Below are positions 37,391 through 50,052 of a stretch of DNA of 64,000 nucleotides, piece after piece; positions within the stretch are counted from its first letter, which is position 1; every line of letters begins with the position of its first letter. The notes under the pieces are model-generated. The model saw only the letters and a list, made by a program, of their open reading frames with translations, did not search any database and was not told the DNA's origin. Origin of the DNA: the human T2T-CHM13v2.0 reference genome, Homo sapiens. A program made the translations under genes and the position numbers. The stretch is taken from assembly GCF_009914755.1 (NCBI RefSeq), contig NC_060940.1; one strand, 5' to 3'.

Positions 37391-38497
37391 TGTTGTTATT
37401 TAACTCACAAGTAGACAGGAGTCTGTATCTTTCTCTCTGTGTAGGCCTCAAGCCTTTTTTTTTACTAGAAAATGTTCAGGAAGTGGATTTGGTGATTGGT
37501 GGAAGGAAGGGAGGTCTGGAAAGTCCTTGAGCATGCAGTTATCTCTTCATTCTACATCATGGGTTGTATGTCAAATTCAGGGGAAGTTAGTACAAAACAT
37601 TTGATTGAAATTTGGGCTACAATCTTAGCAAGCTTGTTCTGTGCAGACTCCAGCCACCTTGGTCCCAACCGTTTTCAGTTAGTTTTTTCTTGATATCACA
37701 AATGGAGGGAGTTCAGCATTTCAGAAAGTTGTTCCCTTTCTTATCTGCTATGCTGCAAACTCAAGAATACCTGTTAGTCATTTGGTTTCTTACTCTTAGG
37801 GGCACAATTTCAGTTTCAGCCCATTTTCTCTGCTATCCGCTATCCTGTAAGCCCAAGAATTTAGTTTTATATTTAACTCTTTGGGGTATGGTTTTATCTG
37901 CAGCCTCCCTGCCCTAGGTACAAAATCTGCCCAGGATTTTGGACCCCAATGGGGCAGAGCCTGTCACTGGAAGAGCCATGGGATGGAGCCTTTATGGGTA
38001 GTGGTGGAACACTGGCCTCAGTAAAAATCTGTCCCCTAACATGGGTCTGGGCAAGAAGGGGTCTCATCAACTCAGTCTTCAGCTGTGGTCACTGTGGGAC
38101 CCACCAGACATGTGAGGTCCCCAGTCTGGGAGTGGGGACCAGTCTGAGTAGTCCCTGAAGGAATAGTCTCTCTGGGTGTTCTCAAGGACCACATACTAGA
38201 GCTCATTTGCTCCTTTCTGGTAACCTGAGCAAATGAAGCCCCTTCCTGTACTGACAGCCCAAAATTGGGGAATCTGTTGTCCCTTTAACTAAGACATGAT
38301 CTCCATGAGCACAGAAGCTGCTTTGGAATCAACAGATCATTTCCCCTGAACCATTTTCTCACTCAACTGGTTTTATTTCTTAAGCTGATTCACCAGCCAC
38401 AGTGAGCTTTGAGTAGACCAAAGCTGTCATGAGATTTGTTTTTTTTTTTAAGAAAACTGGGCATTTTGTGTCCCTGAATTATCCCAGGAGGCTGATC

Positions 38498-39517
38498 TGA
38501 AGGGGTGGCCTGCCCCTCCACACCTGTGGGTATTTCTAGTTGGGTGGGACAAGAGACTGAGAAAAAAAATAAGACACAGAGACAAAGTATAGAGAAACAA
38601 TAGTGGGCCCAGGGGACCGGCGATCAGCATACCAAGGACCTGCACCAGCACCGGTCTCTGAGTTCCCTCAGTTTTTATTGATTATTATTTTCATTATTTC
38701 AGCAAAAAGTAATGTAGTAGGAGAGCAGGGTAATAATAAGGAGAAAGTCAGCAAAAAACATGTGAGCAAAAGAATCTATGTCATAATTAAGTTCAAGGGA
38801 AGGTACTATGCCTGGATGTGCACGTAGGCCAGATTTATGTTTCTCTCCACCCAAATATCTCAGTGGAGTAAAGAATAACAAGGCAGCATTGCTGCAAACA
38901 TGTCTCGCCTCCCACCATAGGGCGGTTTTTCTCCTATCTCAGAATTGAACAAATGTACAGTCGGGTTTTATACTGAGACATTCAGTTCCCAGGGGCAGGC
39001 AGGAGACAGTGGCCTTCCTCTATCTCAACTGCAAGAGGCTTTCCTCTTTTACTAATCCACCTTAGCACAGACCCTTTACAGGTGTCGGGCTGGGGGACGG
39101 TTAGGTCTTTCTCATCCCACGAGGCCATATTTCAGACTATCACATGGGGAGAAACCTTGGACAATACCCCACTTTCAAGGGCAGAGGTCCCTGTGGCTTT
39201 CCACAGTGCCCCTGGTTTATTGAGACTAGAGAATGGTGATGACTTTTACCAAGTATACTGCTTGTAAGCATTTTGTTAACAAGGCAAGTCCTGCACAGCC
39301 CTAGATCCCTTAAACCTTGATTTCATACAACACATGTTTTTGTGAGCTCCAGTTTGGGTCAAAGTGGCTGGGGCAAAGTGGCTGGGGCAAAGCTACAAAT
39401 TAACATCTCAGCAAAGCAATTATTTAAAGTACAGGTCTTTTTCAAAATGGAGTCTCTTATGTCTTTCCTTTCTACATAGACACAGTAACAGTCTGATCTC
39501 TCTTTCTTTTCCCTACA
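38498..39517 (-). mobile_element. Solo HERV-K(HML-2) LTR, LTR5A/5B-like
   Basis: 1020 bp; the minus strand begins TGTAGGGAAAAGAAAGAGAGATCAGACTGTTACTG and ends GGCCACCCCTTCA. 5-bp TSD TGATC at 38493-38497 / 39518-39522. Confidence 0.92.
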
Positions 39518-39888
39518 TGATCATATAGAGGTCTCTGGCCCTTGACCCCACTGTGCTTCCAGGTGCCCAGAACAGCCCATCATAGGCCCTTTCCCCTTGG
39601 CAGGTGGACATTGTTCATCCTCCTGAAGCAAGCATGTGCCCATCTTGGCGCATTTGAAGACAGACCTTGCTGTCCAAGCCCCCCTGTTCTCATATCCTCA
39701 GGCAGGAACTCACCCTTGGACAGGGGCAGAGACTCCAGAGACCCTGGTCGGGGGTGAGGACTGGGTCTGGGCTTTTGTTCCTGGTGACAGAATGTGGTCA
39801 CCTTGCTGGCTTTTGAGACCCAGGCAGGACCCTGGTTTAGGGTGTTCTCTGAAGTTTTCAAATGCAGTGTAATATCTTTTTCTTGCAG

Positions 39889-42800
39889 GATGGACATGGA
39901 GCAGGATGTGGACACCCTCTTACCCAGAATCAAGGGGACATTATTGCCAAGTATGAGGGGACACAGGGCAGGCTGCTCGTTCGAAGGGGCAGGGGGATCA
40001 CCACTCCTTCTGTGCTGTAGTCAGAGGGTCCTAGGCCCACTTGGGACACAGGGCAGGGAGTGGCTGCACACAACCCCATGCCTCTGCATTCCACAGCTTG
40101 GCCCCCCTCACATTGACCCCTCTGCATTGCAGGGATGCCAGGCCAGGGTGCCAGTGGACATAAGGCAGGAAGATTTTTTAATCTAGAAAATCACCAATTA
40201 TCTCCAGATTCTGTAGTGTGTCTTCTGTCTCCTGAGCCCCCACCCCCAGCAATCTCGTCTCAGCAATAGGTTTTATTTTGAAAAAGGCCTCTCTGAGGAA
40301 GGACATGTCTCAAGTCCACCTCCTTCCCAGGATTGGAACTCCTCCCCAGGTGCCCTGCAAATCCAGTCCAAGGTCAGTGTTAGGCCAGAGCTGAGTATCC
40401 CAATGTGGGAACCCAGAGAGCAAGTGGAGACAGAAATATGGCTGGTCTAAGCCCCTAGGCTCTCCAAGGGGGACAGCAGCGCAGTCCAGTCTCCAAGTCA
40501 ACAAGAGAGGAGGGGGCCAGCCTGAGGGGCCAGCCTGCTCCCTTGGAGCCTGCCCTGGAGATCTGCAGGGTCTAGCCATGGGACAAAGGGGTGCTTGGAA
40601 TGGTCTGTGGGTAGTTGTCCAGCAGGTCTCTGAGAGCTAAAGGAGCCCAGCCCTGCCATCCCACAGGGAGGGGTACAGGGGCAGCCAAAGCTGTGGCCCT
40701 GGGAGGAGAAGATGGTCAGGGCCCTGGCTTGGGCATCTCATGGGAAAGGCAAGGAGGCAGCAGAGCTTGCAGCCAAGGTGATCTAACCAAGGGTTTCATG
40801 GTAAGAGGGGATCTGAGGTCTGGTGGGAGGGGCCCAGTATAAAGTCTGTCCCTGTAGGGGTCATTGGAGGAGCTGAGGTAGTGGTGACACAATGGAACTG
40901 ATGACTTTGGGATGCATCTGGATGGAGCCAGCCTGTGGAGAGTGGATGGAGCTGGGAAGGGCAGGAGATTTGGTGAAGCCAAGAGCAGGGACTCACCTGG
41001 GACCCCTCAGCAGAGAAGCTTTAGTCAGTCCCAAAGCTCTGGAACACCCTCTAGAGACCCAGCTCCCTGCTGGCTTGGTCAGCACCATGGCCAGAGGGAA
41101 GACTGGGGAGACTGAGTCAGAAAAGAACAGTGGGAGGAGGACAGCCAGGTGCCCCGTGTCAGGGCTGCTGCAACAGGAGGGAGGAAGCTGTTGGCTGAAG
41201 ACCCTAAATACCATCTGAGGCTGGGGACTGGGTTCAGGGCCATTCCGGTTGCCTGTGAAACCCTCAGTCACCCTCATTGCCCCTGGTGTCCACCAGCAGT
41301 GCTGAGCAGCCCAGTTAAAAAGTGGACAAGGAAGGTGTGTGGATGGATCTCGGGGGTTCTTGCTCAGACGTTCTGACAAAACAAGGATAAAGGAAGAACT
41401 GGAGTGCCTAAAGAGACAGGAACCAAGACATGGCATGGTTTCCAGGCAGACAGGCTAGAGAAGTAAAGTAACAGGAAGGGTGGGTAGCCAGTGTACAGGG
41501 AGAGGCAGGTTAGATAGTCAGACCCTGCGATGGCTGTGGGGCCATCGGGCAGACAGGCTCCAGGGGCCTTAACACACTGGGCAGTTCTCAGGCCAGGTTC
41601 CCTGCACCACAACCTGAGGATGTGGTCACTTCCTGGGGTCTTCTCTCAAGGTCCAGACACACAAACCTGGGCAGCACTGGCCCACCTCAAGACTAGAGTT
41701 TCTTTGTTCCCAAAGAGGACGCTAACTCCAATTCAGGAGGGGCAACCCCATTGGGTAACCCAAACCCCCATGAATCCCAAGCAGCACCTGCCCAGCCCTG
41801 TGCTTCCTCTGTTCCCATTTCCCAGCCTCTCCTGGGTATCAGCCAGCAGGGAGGCTGAGACCTGGGGTGGATGTGGATGGGGCTAGTCCTTTCCTGGGGC
41901 CTGCTCAGGGAGGGGGATGGCCCCTGGCCTGGTGCAGATCTTCAGCTCTCTTCACTGCCTTACAGTGACAGAGCTGCCCCTGTCAGTGCCCTGAAGACAA
42001 AGGTAACAGCCTGTACCTGCTACATGGGAGGCTCACCCATCAATGGGCAACTTGGTGGCTGGTCAGTGAAACAGATGGTGTGGCCTGTGGGCCTGGGTGG
42101 TGGTGAGAGGGAGCCACATGCCCTCAATGGGAGAGGCCATAATTCCTGCTGAATCTCAACCCAAGCCTTGTCCCTGCAGTTGTTTTACCAAACCCGCCAC
42201 AAAGATTCAGGGTAGCGGCTTGGGGGTCACTGCCCACTGGGCACCAGGACCCCACCTGGAGGCTGAGATCTGATTAGGGCATCTGTGGCCTGAGAATAGT
42301 GTGTCCTGTGTTCCAGAGGTTGGGTCACCGGTACCTACTCAGTCAGAGGGTCTCAGTCACAAGATCTGCCCTTTTCTGGCTCCTTCCAGTTCAGCCCCAT
42401 CAAGGCCCCTAATGACTGACCAGGCAAACAAGAGAAGCAAACTTCTCCAGAGAAAAAGCCTCCTTCAGAAGCACTGACTGTGTTATGTTGCTGTGTGCGG
42501 CAGTGAGTTTCATGTCTGTGATGAGGCTGGTTCCTCCTCATGGCCCTGCCATATTGGAAATGAAGGAGCAGGGCAAGAAGTCCTCAGTGATGACGTGATC
42601 CAGCATCCAAGAACCACTCCCGGAAGCCTGGCAGCTCAGCTAACTCCATCATTTCTCATTTATGGCAAAAACATCAGGCTATTGGATGCAAAGATAAATG
42701 GCTACAAAGGCTTAACCACTGAAATAAATCTAAGAGCAGCAAGAAGGCACAATGGAGAGTGAGGGTCCCCTGTGACCACTCTCCAGAGTTGGGGGACAGG

Positions 42801-45000
42801 CACCCCTTGCTGTTTCTTGGTACTGCCTGCCTCTCAGACAGCAGGTGGCACACTGTCCTCACCCAAAAGACAACAGGCCTGGTCCCCAACTTTCCTGCCT
42901 ATCCCTGCAAGGGTTACCTTGCTGGGAGACAATCTGATGTGAGAGCTCTTGTTCACTCTTGATTCATGGGAAGGGAGGCCTGGTCCTAGGTAGACTCAAC
43001 CTCTCCTGAGGAACCACAAGGCCAAAGGCTGGAAGGTTCCAGAATCCTTAGATTCTTATCATCCTTGGGGTCATCCTGACACCTGCCTCACCAGAGCATT
43101 CTTCTGTCCACAGATGTCTCAGCAGGTATACAAGGGAATCCCCCCACAGGTATGGGGTCCAGCGTGGTCACTCCTGCTGGATGCCAAGAAGGTGAAGGCC
43201 AAGAATCCAGCAATACACCAGGTCAGGCCCTTCCACACCCAGCCAGCGCACAGACATGTCACACCATGTCAGGAGCCCAGTTAACCAGCTGGAGGGAACA
43301 TCGAGCCTGGCAGTTAGGGGGTCAGTAGCACATCCTGGGCACAGACAGTGACATGGACACCACAAGTGAGCTGGGCTCTGGTGACATTCTGTGACTTAAG
43401 AAACAAGCAAGAGAAGCAACTATCTGCAGAGAAAAACCCTCCTTTCCTACAAAGGCACTGACTTTGTCATGGTGCTGTGTGCAGCAGTGAGTCTCCTGTC
43501 TGTTCTGAGGCTGGTTCCTGCTCTTGGCCCTGCCCTATAGACAATGAAGGAGCAGGGCAAGATGTCCTCAGTGAAAATGAACCTGGATATGAGCCACATT
43601 TTGAGAAACATTTCATGTTCTGGGAGGTTCCAGGGGAGGTGGGGAATCCAGAGGGATCGGGGCATCTGGGGGAATATGAAGAGGTCTCATGGCAGAGGTA
43701 GGGGTCTCAGAGCAAGGAGTGACAGCTCAGGCCACTGCCTGGAGTTCTGGCGTCTGGAGGGGTCTGCAGAGGGGCCTGGAATAGAGAGGTTCTCGGGGCA
43801 GCCCAGAGGCCTGTGAAGACCTCTGCTCCTTTCATGAGGACAAGGAAGTGCTGTGCATCTAGGTTTTCACCTTAAAACAGCTCCCACAGCACTTGATCGA
43901 TGGGGCAAGGATACACAGGAAGACCCTGGGCCAGGAACGCTCCTTCCACACAATGTCTGGCTTTCTGGGCCAGAGGTCTGGCTCCCTCAGAAGGACCCAG
44001 GTCCCTTCCTTCGAGCAGGAGGCAAAGGCAGGTCCCTGCAGGGCACACAAACCAACAGTGCCCCTGAGAGGGGGTGTCCCATGGAAGAGGCCAGTGCTCA
44101 GGGCCATCATCATGGGCAGATTGGGCCAGGACTCCTTTTGGGAGAGCCCAGGAAAGCCCAAAGCCCTTGGGAAGCCCCTTCTTCCAGGAGCCACATGCCA
44201 CTGAGATGAGTCCAGCCCCATGAGGAACTACAGGACCCTGTCTAACCCAGCCTCATAGAGGAGGGGGTCACATCCCATGCAGAGGGAGCCCCTGGCACTA
44301 CAGACGGAGCTCCTAGTAGACCACTGGCCTCTAATCTTGAAGGGCCAGGTCCTCCCATGCCTGCTGTCCGCACATATCCACTTTGGGCTCATTCTGAGGC
44401 TCTGGGATGTCTGCCTTCTAAAGAACAAGTGCATGCTCACAGCCAGGGCATACACAGCCAGTAAAGGTGCACACAACCTATGTGCCTGAGGGAGCTCCAG
44501 GGGAACACATAGGAAGACCCCAACTGTCCTAAGGGACACATTCACACTGTCCATATGACCCTCTGCTCTGGCCTGGATGGAGGGTCAGGCCTGGTGGGCT
44601 TGGCAGGGCACCGTGATTCCTCCCAGACACCAAACCCATCCCTGACATGGCACAGATGAAGGGCAGGAGTGTGGCGAGTACTTCCCTACAGAGATCTCCC
44701 ACCCACCATGGCCTCCTGTGCACACCTGGATCTCATGGGTGACCAAACACGACCAGCACTGCCCAAAGGGAGGTGCCTAGGAAGGAAATAGAGTGCAGGC
44801 ACTGATCCCTCCCAGAGGACCCCTCTCCCAGCATGACGCCCACCTCCATCCCCAGAACGCCTCCTAAAGCTGTCCTAGTTCAGCTTGGTGGAGCTCCTTC
44901 AGGACATGCTGTCCTGGGCCTGGGGTCTGGAGGATGACGTGGTGCTGAGGCACCTTCAAGGCCTCCATGGTGCCTTGGAGAGGGATCCAGGCATCCCAGA
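39889..45000 (+). pseudogene. Unprocessed TBC1D3/TBC1D26/USP6-family (TBC Rab-GAP domain) pseudogene
   Basis: Exon remnants in family order: MDMEQDVD...GDIIAKYE (39889); GCQARVPVDIRQED...TNYLQI (40133-40215); ELP..VSALKTK (41966-42002); KWLQRL..KSKSSKK (~42690-42746); MSQQVYKGIPP..AWSLLLD..KNP (43114-43221); MKEQGKMSS..LDMSHILR (43541-); GFH..LIDG (~43862); FGLILRLWDVCLL (~44380); LEDDVVLRHL (~44930). Stops and frameshifts. Confidence 0.88.
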
Positions 45001-46371
45001 GAGGATTCAGGGAAAGGGCACAAGTGGGCCCGTGGCCTGGAGCCAGACGGAGTTCAGCTGAGCATGGGAACTCATGGCATTGAGTGGATGGTGCTGGATT
45101 GCTGAGGGACCCAGTGCCCAGGGGCGTCTTACCCACTATGGAGACAGGCCATTATATTAGGTGGCAAGGAGGCCAGGTGACAGTTGCAGTTTCTCCCAGC
45201 TGAGTTCTGGACTAGGGTCCAAGCCCAGACCAAGCAGGCCCTGGGGTGAGGGTGTGAGGCAGGGAGCCCTGAGCCAGCCTGAACCCTGAGGAGCCATCCC
45301 AGGAGCACCCTGATGTGCTTTGACAGCACCCATGCCCAGATTGCACACAGTCCTTGCTCTAAAATTAGCAGCCTGCAGGGGTATCCTCAGTGTCAGAACA
45401 AGTGGGCCACACAAGGTCCTCAAGGACTCCAGGGACCTAGGTTCATGAGGCCCAGCCTTGTAAGGGCCAGATGGGCTAGGTGGAAACGCTGACCAAGTCT
45501 GCTTCCTTTCAGCCAAATACGTGGGGTTCCCCAAGAGGGCCCTTTGCCTGGAGTGAGTGTCCCTGACACCCAGGCCTCTGTGAGCATCTCTCAACACAAA
45601 GGCCCTCTCCAAGGGAGATGGGCTGGCCCTCCCAGGACCAGCAGCCCAGTTCCAGAAGCCCATGGGTCATCACCAACCTCATCTGGCTAGCGTGTCCCTG
45701 AGGCTACGGCAATCAGCATGCAGGGAGTTCCACAGAACCCAGGGCCGTAGGCTGCTCTCTGGGGCCCCAGGGGATCAGGGTCTGGCCAGCCTGTCCCTGG
45801 CTCAAGACACATGCCTGGGAATTGGGGTTTTCTCCTCTGCTCTTAGCATCGCCTGGGTAAACCAACAGTTACCCTCCCTCATGACTCAACATTCACATCC
45901 ATGAAAAAGGCACCCGGTGAGGGTGACCTTTCCAGGAAGCCACAGCCCATGTTATTCCTGCCAAGCTCTAAACTTGTCCGTGGGAGGGCCAAACTGCGAA
46001 TTCTCCCAAAAGCAGCTGAACTGAGGCTCTGGCTGGGCGGCAGCACAATGGACAGTGTCTCAGTTCCACATCAGCTTCGGAAAGCAGGCAGCTCCCTGGG
46101 CTTGGTGAGGCGCGATGACCAGGAAAGACCCCGGGAGTGCGGGTGGGAGAGGAAACTGAGCTGAGCAGTGAAAGGAGAGGTGAGGATGATTGGGCAGAGG
46201 TGAAGTGCACTTCGTAGCATCAAATCTTGCTAATTGTACCTCAAGTCCCTCTCCGGACTTACTCCCCTTAGCCAGGGGTGGCACAGAATCAGTGACCGGC
46301 ATTGCTTTGGAAGCAGAAAGGTCCACGCTGCCTTCTTACCCATCCCTCCCAGGCAGCACACCACCCTGGCT

Positions 46372-47600
46372 TATGCTGGGACTACAGTCAGCGGCCCTGA
46401 GACCCACGGCCAGAAGCGGTTAAGAAACTACTACTCCCTGCACGCCCTGCGAGGAGCACACTGCACTGACCCTCCCTCCAGAAATGCTCACTGTCCAGGC
46501 ATGCTGGGAATGTGGTCCAGCTTCCCTCAGACCAACGGGCAAAAGCGGTTAAGAGACTACTATTCCCTGCATGCCTCGCAAGGAGGACAAAGCTCTGTGC
46601 TTCCCTCAAAATACCCGCACCACCCCCAATCCCGGTGCATGCTGGGATTTCAGTCTGGCATCCCTGCGACCAAAGGCTGAAAGCGGTAAGAGACTACTAC
46701 TACCTACCTGCATGCCTGGGGAGGGGCGCACCACTGCTGTCCCACCCGCAAGGTAACGGCACCTCCCCAAATCCCAGGGCATGCTGGGATTGTAGTCTGG
46801 AAAGCAGGCTACCAAAAGCCAATAGCGGTTAAAAGATTACTACTCTTGGCCTGGCACAGTGGCTCACGCCTGTAATCCCAACACTTCGTGAGGCCGAGGC
46901 AGGCGGATCACCAGGTCAGGAGTCACGAGGTCAGGCGTTCGAGACAAGCCTGCCCAACATGGTGAAACCCCCGTCTCTACTAAAATTAGCCGGGTATGGT
47001 GGTGCATGCCTGTAGTCCAATCGCAGGAGGCTGAGTCAAGAGAATCGACTGAACCCGGGAGGCGGAGGTTGCGAAGGTTGCAGCGTGCCGAGAGCCGAGA
47101 TGGTGCATCGCACCACTGCACTCCGGCCTGGGTGACACAGCGAGACTCTGTCTCAAAAAAAAAAAAAAAAAAAAAAAAAGATTACTACTTTTAGCATGCC
47201 TGGCAAGAGGAGCAAAGCGCTGCCCCTCCCTCAAGGTACCCGCACGACCCCAACGACCCCCCCAACCCCGGTGCATGCCAACTCACGTGCATTCTGGGAC
47301 CGTTGCTACCCACAAGACGCCCAACGACACCCCAACCCCGGTGCATGCCAACCCCGGTGCATGCTGGGACCGGTGGGATTGTAGAGACTACTTCTCCCAG
47401 CATGCCAGGTGAAGAGCGCACAGCGCTGCCCCACCCTCACAGCACAACTTCCAATCCCCGTTGGGGATTGTAGTCTGGCTGCTTGCCAAAAGGTGTTGAG
47501 AGACTACTACTCTGCATACAGTAAGAAGCACACAGCGATGCCCCTCCCTCCAGGGATCCTTATGGTCCCCAGTCCTGGTTCATGCTGAGAAGGTACTCTC
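46372..47600. repeat. Degenerate ~115-145 bp tandem array carrying inverted pairs of ACTACAnnTCCCAGCATGC-type (ZNF143/THAP11) motifs
   Basis: Recurring AAGCGGTTAAGAGACTAC...CATGC and GCATGCTGGGA..GTAGTC at ~46415, 46499, 46555, 46637, 46681, 46779, 46825, 47386, 47463, 47500. Confidence 0.8.
46848..47179 (+). mobile_element. AluS inserted in the motif array
   Basis: TSD AAAAGATTACTACT(C/T)TT at 46831-46847 / 47176-47192. Confidence 0.93.
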
Positions 47601-49169
47601 CCAACTCTGTGACCAACAGGCCAGGCGCCTATGCTCCCAGCATTCCCAGTCCTCTTCCGCTGCTTCCCTCCATGCATCCAGTGCAGTTTCACAGTACAGA
47701 GGGGAGCTTAGCTTCCAAACCAAGCTAAGCTGGGAGGAACAGCAGGAGAACAGCCTGGAAAGCAGGCCCACCCAGAAGCAAAGGAATCGGATGTCCCTCA
47801 AGAATGAGATAGGAAGTGCAGATAAAATGCAACATCGCCTTTCCTAGAAGGCAAAGGCCAGCCACAGTCACCCACCGCTCATCCTAGACTGAAACAAACC
47901 ACGCAGCCATCAGGTGGGACATGGAGACCAAGGGAGCTTCCCTGTCCAAGACAGGTATGGAAGCCCAGAGGATCATGGCACCTGCCTAATCGACCAGAAA
48001 TAGGTTTGGAGAGGGAAACAACTGTGAAACGGATCTCCACGAAGTTTCTCCCTCACGGACTCCAAAGTGTTCTTTGTTGAAGACTTTAAGCCAGACCAAG
48101 CCTCTAGGCTCCTATGGCAGATAGAGCAAGAGGGAGTACAGAGCAGAGGCCACAGCCCAGGCAGGATACAGCACAATGCCACTACCATGCGCATCCAGGA
48201 AGAAGTGCCAAATGGGAGACTGGGCCAGAAAGGCCAGATTTAAGTCACAGAGATCCTTGCCGCGTCCCGTTCCCGGCTTCTTCTCCAAGACTGTCGCGGT
48301 GGGGCTACATTTCTTAATGAGAGGAGAAGGTGGGAGGTGGGAGGAGTTAGAACCATCTTCTTTGATGTTGGTCTGCACGCACTCCTGCAGGACAATAAGC
48401 TCCTGGGAGGCTTTGGTCCTTGGGTGTGGTGTGGTTGTCTTGATCCTCGAAAGTAGGACGCTCAGGATGGGGAGGTTTCAATCCCTGTGGGACCAACGCA
48501 GCTCCCCAGGTCGAACCGGCCTTCACAAACCTAAAGTGGAACCGCCAGGAAAACTACTGACAACCGGCCACACCACCCAGGCAGAGAACCAGAAAGAGGC
48601 TCACCAAACACAGGCCGACATGCAAGAAACCACCCTCCAGCACACAGGGCACATTCGTCCCAAACACACATGCACACGGGCACACACAGAGAAAGAGAGA
48701 CCGAGACAGAGAGACAAGGAGAGAAAGGGAGACACACAAACACACACAGACATAAAGCAGTGGCACGGAAACAGTCACCCCCAGGCAGCCCCTGAGGCTG
48801 CTAGGTTCTGCTCTCCGTGAGGACGTCTCTCAGGTAAGAGAGTAGCCCACGGGTCCACAGTCGGGCCTGTCCTTGAGATCACAGGGGGCATGACTTGTGA
48901 GGAGACTCACTGGACACCGTCCGGGAAGGCCTGAAGCTGGGATGGTGCGCTGCTTCCCCATGACTCCTCTGCCTGAGGTTTCCTCACCTGGTCGGCCCTC
49001 CGCGACTCCTGGCGTCCGGAGACCATCCTGTTGACCCCTGGGAGAGGTCAGGCTGGAGCCTCGATACCGACGCACTGCCACAGTGGGCTCCTGCTTCGCC
49101 CAGCCTCATGGACCCATCACTCGAGCGACGGTGGGAGTCACTGTGCCTTGAGAAATCAGCTCGTGCACC

Positions 49170-49247
49170 GCGCATGCGCATTGGCTAGGCCGACTTGCGC
49201 TCCGCTCCTGTTAAGTCAGGTTGCAGCCCCTTTAAGGAATGGCGACG
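49170..49247. promoter_or_regulatory. Promoter-like motif cluster: NRF1 palindrome, CCAAT box, YY1-like core
   Basis: GCGCATGCGC at 49170-49179, ATTGG at 49180-49184, AATGGCG at 49238-49244, in CpG-rich context. Confidence 0.5.
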
Positions 49248-49248
49248 G

Positions 49249-50052
<804 letters not shown>

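Noticed and set aside
37400-37800. Possible ERV/MER fragment
   Set aside because: It looks repeat-derived but I cannot assign a family with confidence
39958-39975. GHRAG directly after exon 1 of the TBC pseudogene, suggesting a spliced (processed) junction
   Set aside because: The true exon-2 equivalent is at 40133-40215 after an intron; this stretch is more likely a decayed donor region
46372-47600. CRISPR-like repeat-spacer array
   Set aside because: Primate DNA, degenerate repeats, spacers related to one another, and no cas genes
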